Shown one piece after another: positions 27,821-36,988 of a stretch of DNA of 64,000 bases (within the stretch, counting starts at the first letter, position 1; every line of letters starts with the position of its first letter). Where the stretch lies: contig CAVXTP010000022.1 in the NCBI GenBank assembly GCA_963764715.1, positions 544,001 to 608,000 of the forward strand. The letters run 5' to 3'. Under the pieces are notes generated by a model. It worked only from the letters and a program-made list of their open reading frames with translations. It was not told the DNA's origin and ran no database searches. This DNA is from an uncultured Acidobacteriota bacterium (lineage in GTDB: Bacteria > Acidobacteriota > Thermoanaerobaculia > UBA5066 > Gp7-AA6). Position numbers and translations under genes: made by a program.

Positions 27821-30013
27821 CTACGGCCCGTACAGGTTCAGCTGAAATCCCTTCGTCAGGAACACGGCCATCTGCCCGCGCCGCGTCGCGGCATTGGGAC
27901 AGTAGAGGCCGCCGCCGCACCCTGCCGTCACGCCCTCGTCCTTGAGCGCTTCGACCCACGGCGCGAACGGATTGCCGACCGGAACGTCGGAGAAGTCCCC
28001 GCTCGCCGCCGGCGGCACCCAGGACGACCCGTGCTCCGTCTTGAGAAGAAACACCGCCATCTGGGCCCGCGTCACGGGATCGTTCGGGCAGAAGTTCGCC
28101 CCGGAGCCGCAGCCGGCGGTGACCCCCTCGGCCGCGAGCCGCTCGATCCAGGCCGCCGCGAAGGCGTTGACCGCCACGTCGTCGAAGACCGTACCGGTCG
28201 CGGCGGGCGGGACGTAGGCCGATCCGTGCTCGGCGCGCAGCAGGAACACCGCCATCTGGGCCCGCGTCAGGGTGCCGTCGGGGCAGAAGGAGACTCCTCC
28301 GCAGCCCGACGTGATGCCCTTGTGGAGCACCGTCTCCACGTAACGGTAGTCGCCCCGCGTCGCGGCCACGTCCTCGAAGCTCCGGCCGATGTGAAGAGGC
28401 CACGAGCGTATCGAGGCATCCGAGAGGGTCTCCTCGAACGTCGCGTCCCAGTGGAGCGCGGGCCGGGCGGCGGCGAAGGCCGTCACGCTGTAACAGTTGC
28501 CGGTCGCGTCAAAGCACGAGGCGAGCTGGCCGGCCGGGACGCTGCCGTAGTCGCCCGCGGCGTCGACGATCGCGTACGTCGCTCCCGGTCCGGGGCCGGT
28601 GAAGGACGTGGCGGTCCCGGTCATGGAGACCGGAGAGGCTCCCTCGTTGAGGTACGACGGCTCGACCGTCGCGGTCTCGCCGCTCTCGAGGACGCCGTTG
28701 GGGTACGGGTTCGCGCCCAGGGGATGGCGGTCGACGCCGAGCTCGGGGGAGGGGCCGAGCTCGATCTGCACGACGAGCGCCGAAGCGTCGGCCGAGAGCG
28801 GCGTGACGCGCAGGCCCGCCTCCGCGTCGAAGTAGCTCTGCCCCACGACCAGGGCCGCGTTGCCGAAGCCGGCGTCGGTCGGGGTCATGTCGAGCAGGCA
28901 CGTCGTGCAGCTGAACGCGGGATAGCCCGGAGCCAGGCGCATCATCGCGCCGCTGACGGGATTGCCCGACATGGTTCCGTCGAAGCCGATCGGCTGGCGG
29001 TACTCGATCCAGTACGTCCGCTGCGGATCGACCAGCGGGATCTGCACGGCGTAGAGGCTTCGGCCCGCCTGCTCGATCGGCGCGATCGTGTAGGTCGCCA
29101 TGCCGCCGCCGTGCGTCGCCTTCGTGCCGGCGGGCAGGTAGCCGAGCTGGCTCTTCATGTAGGCGGGAAAGTGGCGCGCCTGGGAGTTGCCCATGATCGA
29201 GAACGGGTCGCCGTACTCGCTGACCGTGCACGGGCTCTCCAGGACGGTCGCCCCGCAGTCGAGGGAGCTCGAGTGGCCGACGCCGAAGCAGTGGCCGAGC
29301 TCGTGCCCGACGACGAGATTGGACAGCGCCTGGTTGATCCACGCCTGGGATCCGCCGCCGAGGCCCGACCATCCGCACGGAATGTGCGGGAACACGTAGA
29401 CGCGCTTCTGGTACGCGTACGGGTTGTACCCTGCGTCCGTCGCGCGCGCGTCGGCCTGGGCGGAGACCGTGTAGGGGTCGCACGTCGTCGGCGTGTTGAT
29501 CGTTGCCGTCAGCCAGTTGGTCACGGTCCCCGAGAGCGTGTGGGTGCCGTACGAGACCTCCTTGTAGTAGTCGGAAACGTTCCCCGCGCCGAACATCCGG
29601 GTCTGGACCTGGGCCACGGTGTACGGCTCGGTCGTCGTGTCGAGGAACTTGATGAGGATGGCGATCACCGTCGAGTTGCCGCCGACGGCGGGCGCCTCGA
29701 CGGCATCCGGCGCCTCCAGCACCTCGAGGTGCTCGACCGCGAAACGGCCCGCTTGTGCCTTTCCCACGACGCGTACGCGGGTGCCCTCGGCGGGCGCTTC
29801 CGCGTCGGGGGGCAGGTCGAGAGAGATCCGGGCGCCCCCTTCGTCGGCGAGGGCCACGATCCGCTCCGAGCGGCCGTGCTCGAAGTCGTCGGCGGTGAGG
29901 ATCTCGATCGTCCCCGAACGCGTCTCGATCGCGGCCCGGGCGGACCCGCCGGCGAGCGCGGCAAGGAACACGAATGCGGCCGCCAGGCGGCCGGGCCGCT
30001 CCCCGAGTCTCAT
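27821..30013 (-). CDS. Secreted metzincin-like (M11/M6-like) metallopeptidase with C-terminal SLH repeats
   Basis: Signal peptide; HELGHCFGVGH, EYGDPFSIMG; three F.DV..W(I/V)E..GVTAGC..CP..TRAQMAVFL-like repeats. Confidence 0.83.
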   Translation of the reverse strand: MRLGERPGRLAAAFVFLAALAGGSARAAIETRSGTIEILTADDFEHGRSERIVALADEGGARISLDLPPDAEAPAEGTRVRVVGKAQAGRFAVEHLEVLEAPDAVEAPAVGGNSTVIAILIKFLDTTTEPYTVAQVQTRMFGAGNVSDYYKEVSYGTHTLSGTVTNWLTATINTPTTCDPYTVSAQADARATDAGYNPYAYQKRVYVFPHIPCGWSGLGGGSQAWINQALSNLVVGHELGHCFGVGHSSSLDCGATVLESPCTVSEYGDPFSIMGNSQARHFPAYMKSQLGYLPAGTKATHGGGMATYTIAPIEQAGRSLYAVQIPLVDPQRTYWIEYRQPIGFDGTMSGNPVSGAMMRLAPGYPAFSCTTCLLDMTPTDAGFGNAALVVGQSYFDAEAGLRVTPLSADASALVVQIELGPSPELGVDRHPLGANPYPNGVLESGETATVEPSYLNEGASPVSMTGTATSFTGPGPGATYAIVDAAGDYGSVPAGQLASCFDATGNCYSVTAFAAARPALHWDATFEETLSDASIRSWPLHIGRSFEDVAATRGDYRYVETVLHKGITSGCGGVSFCPDGTLTRAQMAVFLLRAEHGSAYVPPAATGTVFDDVAVNAFAAAWIERLAAEGVTAGCGSGANFCPNDPVTRAQMAVFLLKTEHGSSWVPPAASGDFSDVPVGNPFAPWVEALKDEGVTAGCGGGLYCPNAATRRGQMAVFLTKGFQLNLYGP

Positions 30014-30443
30014 GAATTCCTCCGGTTGTAGGAGAAATTATGAGGCTTCGGACGGGCCGATACACCGGCCATTCGGGCAGGGTGATACCCGCGGGCGCGC
30101 TCGAATTCGGGGATTCCCCCGGCCCCATCCTCGGGGTCGGGCTGAGATCAGTGCCAGCGTCCCTCGACTCGATGCCACCCGGGCGGAGTGTGCCGCCACG
30201 GGGGCGCGGTCCAGGTCGCGTGCCGGACTCGCGATCGCGGCTTCCACTCGCAGGGCAAGCGGAGCTTCTTCGCCGTAAAACGACGCCTTCGACGTAAACG
30301 ACGCCCGGCGGAGCCGAGGCGCAGCCGGGGAACCGACTTCGTTCCCGTCACCTCCCGGGTCAGGAAGCAACTCCCATGCCGGTCGACACTTCGGCGAACC
30401 GGTCGCACGCCGTGATAAACACGGGCCTATGGAGGGCGGCCTC

Positions 30444-32849
30444 ATGCGCCGACACCTGGCACGATTCGCGTTTTCTCTCCTTCTCGTATCCGGAGTCGCG
30501 GGCATCGCTCTGCGGGCGCAGGATCAGGACGCCGGGACCGACGAAGCCTCGGCGCGCGGCGACGGACTGCAGTGGCCCCGCGTCGTCGAAGCGGGCGACA
30601 CGACGTTCACGGTCTACCAGCCGCAGATCGACAAGTTCGAAGACGCAGTGCTCGAAGCTCGCGCCGCGGTGAAGGTCGACACGAAGGTCGGCGACAAGAC
30701 GCAGACGAGCTACGGCGTCGTCTGGATCACGGCGCACACCCAGATCGACAAGGAGAACGACCTCGTCGAGCTCTTCGACATCCAGCTCACGAAGGCGAAC
30801 TTCCCGACGGCCCCCGACAAGGCCGAGGAATATCTCGAAACCTTCCGAAAAAACACGGAGCCCACGCGCACGATCTCGCTCGAGCGCGTCGAGGCGAACC
30901 TCGGCGTGACGCAGGCCGATCGCAGGGGCAGCGCGGTGCCGCTCAAGAACGACCCCCCCGCGATCTACTACCGGAGCATTCCGGCCCTCCTCGTCCTGAT
31001 CGACGGCGATCCGGCCCTGCGGCCCGTGGAAGGCGCCGCCGGGCTTCAGCGCGTGGTCAACACGAAGACCCTCATCCTCGAGGCCGGCGGCACCTTTTAC
31101 ATGTCGCTCGCCGATCGCTGGCTCCAGGCGCCCGCGGCGACCGGGCCCTGGCAGCTCGCGGCGTCGGCCCCCGCCCCGGTCACGGCCGTGCGCGACGCCA
31201 TCGCGAAGGACGAGAACCAGACGCAGGTCGACCTCCTCCAAGACCCCGGCGAGGAGGTCAAGGCGGTCCTCGCCGAGGGCAAGATCCCCGAGATCATCGT
31301 CAGCACGGCGCCGGCCGAGCTCATCGTGACGAGCGGCAAGCCGCAGATGAAGCCGATCGCGGGGACGCAGCTTCTCTACGTCGAGAACACGACGGGCGAC
31401 ATCTTCATCGACCTGAAGGACCAGACCTATTACGTGACGCTGACGGGCCGCTGGTACCGCTCGAAGTCCCTCGAGAAGGGCCCCTGGCAGTTCGTCGAGG
31501 GCGACCACCTGCCCCCGGACTTCGCGAAGATCCCGGAGGGCGACCCGAAGGCGAGCGTCCTCGCCACCGTCCCCGGCACGCCCGCGGCCCAGGAGGCCGT
31601 GATCGCCAACAGCATTCCGCAGACGGCCGAGGTCAACCGCGAGGAGGCGAAGTACGAGGCGAAATACGACGGGGAGCCGAAGTTCGACGACGTGCCGGAC
31701 ACCCCGATCCAGTACGCCGTCAACTCCCCGACGCCGGTCGTGCGCGTCTCGCCGACGTCCTACTACTCGGTGCAGGGCGGCGTCTGGTTCACCGGCGGGT
31801 CGGCTTACGGGCCGTGGGAAGTGGCGACCGTCGTGCCGACGGTGATCTACACGATCCCGACCGCGAGCCCGATCCACTACGTCACCTACGTGCGCGTCTA
31901 CCGGTACACGCCGACGACCGTCTGGTTCGGTTACACGCCGGGCTACCTCGGCACCTGCTACGCGCCCTGGGGCACCGTCGTCTATGGCACGGGCTGGTAC
32001 TACCGGCCGTGGATCGGGAACTACTGGTACGGAGCGCCGTGGACCTGGGGCTTCGGCGTCGGAATCAGCTGGAGCCCGTGGACCGGCTGGAACGTCGGCT
32101 TCGGCTGGGGCGGGTATTACCCGATGTACCGCCCGTGGTGGGGACCGTACTACGGCTGGCGGCCGCGTCCGCCGCGGCCCGGAGCGTACCCGCCTTACTA
32201 TCGCCCGGGGTACGGACGCCCGACGCCCTACCGGGCGACGAGCATCAACATCACCAACGTCAACGTCTACAACCGGCCGGGCATCGCTCGGCCCGGGGTC
32301 CGCCCGGCCGCGCCTCCTTCGCGGCCCGTCACGCGCCCGGCGCCCGGGCAACCGGCGACGCGCCCGGGCACGCGCGCGGCCCCCTCGCAGCCGTCCACGC
32401 GGCCTGGCCAACCGGCGACTCGTCCCGCGCCGGGTCAGCCGGCGACGCGCCCGGCGACCCGACCAGCGCCCTCGCGCCCCGACAACGTCTACGCCGGCCC
32501 CGACGGGAACGTGTACCGTCCGCAGCCCGGCAAACCCGGAAACTGGGAGACGAACGATCGAGGGACCTGGAAGCCCGTCCAGTCCTCCCGGCCCGAGACG
32601 CGCCCGGGCCGGCCGGCGGAGCCCCCCCAGCCCTCGACGCGCCCCGCGCCCTCGCAGCCTTCGGCCCGCCCGAGCCGGCCGACCGTCGACTCCGGCACGC
32701 TCAACCAGCTTTCCCGGGACCAGCAGGGACGCCGCGCCGCCGACACCCGCATGAGCCCGCCGCCTTCGCGGCCGCCGACCTCGAGCGCGCGGCCGCCCTC
32801 GCGCGCGCCGGCACCCTCGTCGCGCGCGCCGCAGCCGAAGAAGCCGTAG
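30444..32849 (+). CDS. Large secreted protein with aromatic/Gly-rich region and Pro/Arg-rich tail
   Basis: GGAGG RBS, signal peptide; WPR..VYQPQ, LLYVENT, GYTPGYLG..VVYGTGW, NVYAGPDGNVYR. Confidence 0.78.
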   Translation: MRRHLARFAFSLLLVSGVAGIALRAQDQDAGTDEASARGDGLQWPRVVEAGDTTFTVYQPQIDKFEDAVLEARAAVKVDTKVGDKTQTSYGVVWITAHTQIDKENDLVELFDIQLTKANFPTAPDKAEEYLETFRKNTEPTRTISLERVEANLGVTQADRRGSAVPLKNDPPAIYYRSIPALLVLIDGDPALRPVEGAAGLQRVVNTKTLILEAGGTFYMSLADRWLQAPAATGPWQLAASAPAPVTAVRDAIAKDENQTQVDLLQDPGEEVKAVLAEGKIPEIIVSTAPAELIVTSGKPQMKPIAGTQLLYVENTTGDIFIDLKDQTYYVTLTGRWYRSKSLEKGPWQFVEGDHLPPDFAKIPEGDPKASVLATVPGTPAAQEAVIANSIPQTAEVNREEAKYEAKYDGEPKFDDVPDTPIQYAVNSPTPVVRVSPTSYYSVQGGVWFTGGSAYGPWEVATVVPTVIYTIPTASPIHYVTYVRVYRYTPTTVWFGYTPGYLGTCYAPWGTVVYGTGWYYRPWIGNYWYGAPWTWGFGVGISWSPWTGWNVGFGWGGYYPMYRPWWGPYYGWRPRPPRPGAYPPYYRPGYGRPTPYRATSINITNVNVYNRPGIARPGVRPAAPPSRPVTRPAPGQPATRPGTRAAPSQPSTRPGQPATRPAPGQPATRPATRPAPSRPDNVYAGPDGNVYRPQPGKPGNWETNDRGTWKPVQSSRPETRPGRPAEPPQPSTRPAPSQPSARPSRPTVDSGTLNQLSRDQQGRRAADTRMSPPPSRPPTSSARPPSRAPAPSSRAPQPKKP
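32300..32840 (+). repeat. Coding low-complexity repeat (PATRP/PGQP units)
   Basis: Repeated RPAPGQPATRP, APSQPSTRP-like units at the C-terminus of the 30444 ORF. Confidence 0.6.
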
Positions 32850-32859
32850 GAGAAACGCG

Positions 32860-33258
32860 ATGGGCCGCTTCTTCATACGTCTCGTCGCCGCGGTCGCGCT
32901 GCTGTTCGCGACGTACAACCCGGAGGGCCGTTCGTACTTTCACTGGCTGGCGCAGGGCAACTGGGAGTTCACTGCCCTGAAGGCCTTCGTCGGCGTCTGC
33001 CTCCTGGTTGGCTGGGTGTTTCTCCTGCGAGCGACCGTCCAGTCCCTCGGTGCGCTCGGCACCCTGCTCGCCTGCGCCTTCTTCGGGACGCTCATCTGGC
33101 TGATCGTCTCCTGGGCGCACCTCGAGCCGAAGACCTCCAAGGGCCTGACCTACCTGATCATGATCGGCCTCGCGGCCGTTCTCTCGACCGGGTCGATCTG
33201 GTCGATCTGGCGGCGCCGCATGACCGGCCAGGTCGACGTCGACGACACGCACGCGTAG
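32860..33258 (+). CDS. DUF6524-like 4-TM membrane protein
   Basis: LFATYNPEGRSYFHW...RAT..SLG...WS..RRRMTGQVDVDD. Confidence 0.72.
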   Translation: MGRFFIRLVAAVALLFATYNPEGRSYFHWLAQGNWEFTALKAFVGVCLLVGWVFLLRATVQSLGALGTLLACAFFGTLIWLIVSWAHLEPKTSKGLTYLIMIGLAAVLSTGSIWSIWRRRMTGQVDVDDTHA

Positions 33259-33292
33259 CCGAACGACTCGAAGTTCGATAAAGGAGACAGCG

Positions 33293-33664
33293 ATGCTCAA
33301 AGGCTTTCGAGAATTCATCGCCCGGGGAAACGTCCTGGATCTGGCCGTCGGCGTCATCATCGGCGTCGCGTTCGGCGGAATCATCGACTCGCTCGTCAAG
33401 GACATCATCACGCCCATCATCGGAATGATCGGGGGAACGCCGGACTTCTCGGGGCTGAAGGTCGGCTCCGTCGGGATCGGCAACTTCATCAATGCGGTGA
33501 TCGCGTTCCTCATCAAGGCCGCCGGCCTCTACTTCCTGATCGTCGTCCCCTTCAATCGCTTCGCGAAGAAGCTCGCGGCGGCGCCGCCGCCGCCCGCGCC
33601 GCCCACGCAATCCGAAGTCCTTCTCAAGGAGATCCGCGACCTGCTCGCCCGACGCCCGGCATGA
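33293..33664 (+). CDS. mscL: Large-conductance mechanosensitive channel
   Basis: MLKGFREFIARGNVLDLAVGVIIGVAFG...LLKEIRDLL. Confidence 0.95.
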   Translation: MLKGFREFIARGNVLDLAVGVIIGVAFGGIIDSLVKDIITPIIGMIGGTPDFSGLKVGSVGIGNFINAVIAFLIKAAGLYFLIVVPFNRFAKKLAAAPPPPAPPTQSEVLLKEIRDLLARRPA

Positions 33665-34158
33665 GAGCGCGGGGAGCGGCGGCGTTCCTGCTCGTGCTGG
33701 TTCTCGGGTCGTGCGCCGGCCCGAAACCGCCGTCTCCCCCGCCGCCCGCCTCTCCGGCCCCCGCGCCCACCGTTCCACCTCCGCCGGCGCTCCCGCCGGT
33801 CGCCCCGACCGAGACGCCGGTCGCGCGGCCGACGGCGTTCCTGACGGGCACGGTGGTTTACCCCCAGCGGATGGCGTTGACACCCGAGGCCGAGGTCCAG
33901 ATCGAGCTGCGCGACGTCTCGATCCCGGACGCGGACTCCACGCTCGTCGCCAAGCAGGTGATCTCGACGCCCGGCCAGGTGCCGATCCCCTTCTCTCTCG
34001 AGTACGACCCGACGCTCATCACGCCGGGGCACACGTATGCCGTCTCGGCGCGGATCACCGACCGCGGCCAGCTCCAGTTCGTCACCGACGCGCGGATCTC
34101 CGTGCTCACGGACGGTGCGCCGGGACCGGTCGAGATTCTCGTCGTGCCGGTGCGCTAG
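33661..34158 (+). CDS. ybaY: YbaY-family lipoprotein
   Basis: Lipobox LGSC; Pro-rich linker; GTVVYPQRMAL..L.DVS..D..QVPIPFSLEYD..YAVSARI. Confidence 0.85.
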   Translation: MRARGAAAFLLVLVLGSCAGPKPPSPPPPASPAPAPTVPPPPALPPVAPTETPVARPTAFLTGTVVYPQRMALTPEAEVQIELRDVSIPDADSTLVAKQVISTPGQVPIPFSLEYDPTLITPGHTYAVSARITDRGQLQFVTDARISVLTDGAPGPVEILVVPVR

Positions 34159-35549
34159 CTCGAGAAGCTGATCCCGAGCCGGTCGAGCGCCTTCAGGAGA
34201 AGTCCCGGCCGCCCGCCGGCGTCGACGCGCCGGAGCGCCCCGGTCACGAGTGCCACGGCCGCCCGGCGGAAAGGCTCGGGCGGGTAGGGGAACGGCTTCT
34301 TCTTCACGATCGCGAGGTCGAAGAGGGCGTGATCGAGCTCGAGCGCCCGGTGCGCGAGGATCCGCCCCGCGATGCGCGTCGACGCGATGCCGTGGCCCGT
34401 GTAGCCGAGCCCGTAGAAGAGCCGACCGGCCTCCGCGGTGCCGAAGAACGGCGTCAGCCGCGTCGTCGAGGCGATCGGCCCGCCCCAGCGGTACGGGAAC
34501 GCGAGCGTCGGCAGCTGCGGAAAGTGCCGCCGGAAGCTCGCCTCGAGCGCGGCGTAGTGGCGGGCGGAGTGATCGCACGCGGGGTCGACGCGATTGGAGG
34601 GGTAGTACGCCGCCTCGCTCGTGCCGAAGAGGATCCTCCCGTCCGCCGTCAGCCGGTAATAGTTGAAGAAGGTCCGGGCGTCCACGACGCCGCGCCCCGA
34701 ACGCCAGCCGATCGACTGCCGCTCCCCCGGAGTCAGGGGGTCGCTCACGAGGATGTAGTCGTAGAGCGGCAAGAACCTCCGCGCGAGCGACGGCCGGAGG
34801 CGATGCGAGTAGGCGTTGGCCGCGAGCACGACCTTCCGGCACTCGACGGTCCCTCCGCCCGCCGCGAGGAGGACCTTCCCCCGCCGGAACCGGATCGACG
34901 CGACGGGGCTGTTCTCGTGGATGCGAACGCCGATGCTCGCCGCGACGAGGCGGAGGCCCTCGGCGAGACGAACGGGGTCGACGAGACCGTTGCGCGGGGC
35001 GAGGAGCCCGCCGAGATACAACGGGCTGGCGAGCTCCGCCCGGGCCTCGGCGGCCGAAAGGACCTTCCACCCCGGCGAGCCGACCCGCTCGGCGGCCTCC
35101 CGCGCCTTCTCCAGCGCTTCGACGTGCGCGGGAGTGAGCGCGACGAGAAGCTGCCCCGGGCGCTCGAACCCCGCGTTGATCCCGCGCTCGCGCAGGAACG
35201 TCTCCATCGCGTCGAGGTTCTCGCGCCCGATGCGCGCCAGCCGCTTCGCCTCGTCGAGGCCGAAGTGCGCGATCGCGAGCTCGTGGGAATGGTCGATCGT
35301 CTCCCCCACGATCCCGGCGTTGCGGCCGCTCGCGCCGTGGCCCACGAGGCCCTGTTCGAGGATCGTCACGCGCCGGCGCGGCTCGAGCTCCTTGAGAAAG
35401 AGCGCCGTCCAGAGTCCCGTGTAGCCGCCGCCGATGATGGCGACGTCGGCCTCCTCGGCGCCCTGGAGGGGCTCGGGCGCCTTCCGGGCCCGCCGCTGCG
35501 CCATCCAGTAGCAGGACTGGTCGATCGGGAGGCTGGCGGCTTCGTTCAC
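34155..35549 (-). CDS. FAD-dependent amine oxidoreductase (PuuB/DadA family)
   Basis: IGGGYTGLW, GASGRNAG, YYRLTADGRILFG, WGGPI, GYTGHGI. Confidence 0.85.
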   Translation of the reverse strand: MNEAASLPIDQSCYWMAQRRARKAPEPLQGAEEADVAIIGGGYTGLWTALFLKELEPRRRVTILEQGLVGHGASGRNAGIVGETIDHSHELAIAHFGLDEAKRLARIGRENLDAMETFLRERGINAGFERPGQLLVALTPAHVEALEKAREAAERVGSPGWKVLSAAEARAELASPLYLGGLLAPRNGLVDPVRLAEGLRLVAASIGVRIHENSPVASIRFRRGKVLLAAGGGTVECRKVVLAANAYSHRLRPSLARRFLPLYDYILVSDPLTPGERQSIGWRSGRGVVDARTFFNYYRLTADGRILFGTSEAAYYPSNRVDPACDHSARHYAALEASFRRHFPQLPTLAFPYRWGGPIASTTRLTPFFGTAEAGRLFYGLGYTGHGIASTRIAGRILAHRALELDHALFDLAIVKKKPFPYPPEPFRRAAVALVTGALRRVDAGGRPGLLLKALDRLGISFSS

Positions 35550-35586
35550 GTTCCCGGCGCCGGGACGGGGCTCCCCCCGGCCCGTT

Positions 35587-36936
35587 CTACAGGCGGTGCG
35601 CCTTCTCGACCTCGACGAGCGAGGCTTCGAGGGCCGCGAGGAACTTGTCGATCTCGGGATAGCTGATCGTCAGCGGCGGCTCGACACGGAGCACCTGGGC
35701 GTTGATGTAGGTCCCGGAGATCAGGATTCCGCGGCCGAAGAGCGCCTTCGCGACGGCGTATCCGAGGTCGTGGCTCTGGAACTCCATCCCCAGCATGAGG
35801 CCGCGCCCGCGCGCGCCGGCCATGACCTTCGGGTGCTTCTGGGCGAGCGTGTTCATCCTCGGCAGGAGGTACTCCCCCTTCTCGCCGGCCTGCTTCGGGA
35901 GGTCCTCATCGAGCAGCACGTTGATCGTGGCGATCGCCGCCGCGCAGCACACGGGGTTGCCGCCGAAGGTCGTCGTGTGGAGAAACGGGTTCTCGATGTA
36001 CTTCTCCCAGGTCTTCGGCGTTCCGACGCACGCCCCGATCGGCATGACGCCGCCGCCGAACCCCTTCCCGAGGGCCATGAGGTCCGGCACGACGCCGTCG
36101 TGCTCGCAGCAGAACATCTTTCCGCTCCGGCCCATGCCGCTCTGGACTTCGTCGAAGACCAGCATCGCCCCGTACTTGTCGCAGATCTCGCGGGCCGCGG
36201 CGAGATACCCCGGGGGCGCGACGTTGATGCCGCCCTCGCCCTGGATCGGCTCGATGACGACGGCCGCGACCCGGTCGCCCGAGAAGTCTCCGCTCGCGAC
36301 GATCATCCGGAGGGCATCGACGTCGCCGAACGGAACGTGCGTCCAGCGCTTCAGGGGCAGGAACGGCTCGCGGAACACGGCCTTGGAGGTCCCGCCGAGC
36401 GAGCCGAGCGACTTCCCGTGGAACGCGCCGATCGTCCCGACGAAATGGTGCCGGCCGGTCGTGAGGATCGACATCTTGAGGCAGGCCTCGATCGACTCGG
36501 TTCCGGAGTTGGTGAAGAAGGCGTACTGGAGATCGCCCGGGGTGATCATCGCGACGAGGTGGGCGAGGTAGGTCCGGAGGGGGTCGATCAGCTCCTGGGA
36601 GTGGATCGCCTGGCGGTCGAGCTGCTCCCGGACCGCCTTCAGGACCCTGGGGTGCCGGTGGCCGGTGACGTAGATGCCGAAGCCGCCCAGGATGTCCAGG
36701 AACTCCTTGCCCTGGATGTCGTAGAAGACGGATCCCTCGTCCCGCCACTCGACCGCCGTGTAGTCGGTCGACACGGACTTCCGGTACTCGAGGAACGCCG
36801 GGTTGACGTTCTCGGTCCAGTAACGGACCGAGTCCTCGATCACCTTCTTCTGCTCGGGCGGCGTGAGGCTCTTCTTACCGATGAGATCCAGCACGTACGC
36901 GGACTCCGCGCGCGCGCCCTGAAGGTTCTGGCCCAT
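35587..36936 (-). CDS. patA: Putrescine aminotransferase paralog 1 (class III)
   Basis: VNPAFLEYRKSV, GGFGIY..GHRHP, SQELIDPLR, NSGTES, FHGKSLGSL, EPIQGEGG, NPFLHTTTFGGNP. Confidence 0.85.
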   Translation of the reverse strand: MGQNLQGARAESAYVLDLIGKKSLTPPEQKKVIEDSVRYWTENVNPAFLEYRKSVSTDYTAVEWRDEGSVFYDIQGKEFLDILGGFGIYVTGHRHPRVLKAVREQLDRQAIHSQELIDPLRTYLAHLVAMITPGDLQYAFFTNSGTESIEACLKMSILTTGRHHFVGTIGAFHGKSLGSLGGTSKAVFREPFLPLKRWTHVPFGDVDALRMIVASGDFSGDRVAAVVIEPIQGEGGINVAPPGYLAAAREICDKYGAMLVFDEVQSGMGRSGKMFCCEHDGVVPDLMALGKGFGGGVMPIGACVGTPKTWEKYIENPFLHTTTFGGNPVCCAAAIATINVLLDEDLPKQAGEKGEYLLPRMNTLAQKHPKVMAGARGRGLMLGMEFQSHDLGYAVAKALFGRGILISGTYINAQVLRVEPPLTISYPEIDKFLAALEASLVEVEKAHRL

Positions 36937-36988
36937 GGGATGCGTCTCCTGTTCGTGGTGGCGGCCGCCGTCGCGCGGCCGCCCGGAA

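Noticed and set aside
19021-30013. Prophage or ICE integrated at tRNA-Pro
   Set aside because: No integrase, phage or conjugation genes, and I saw no distal full att copy; only the 14-nt local repeat is reported.
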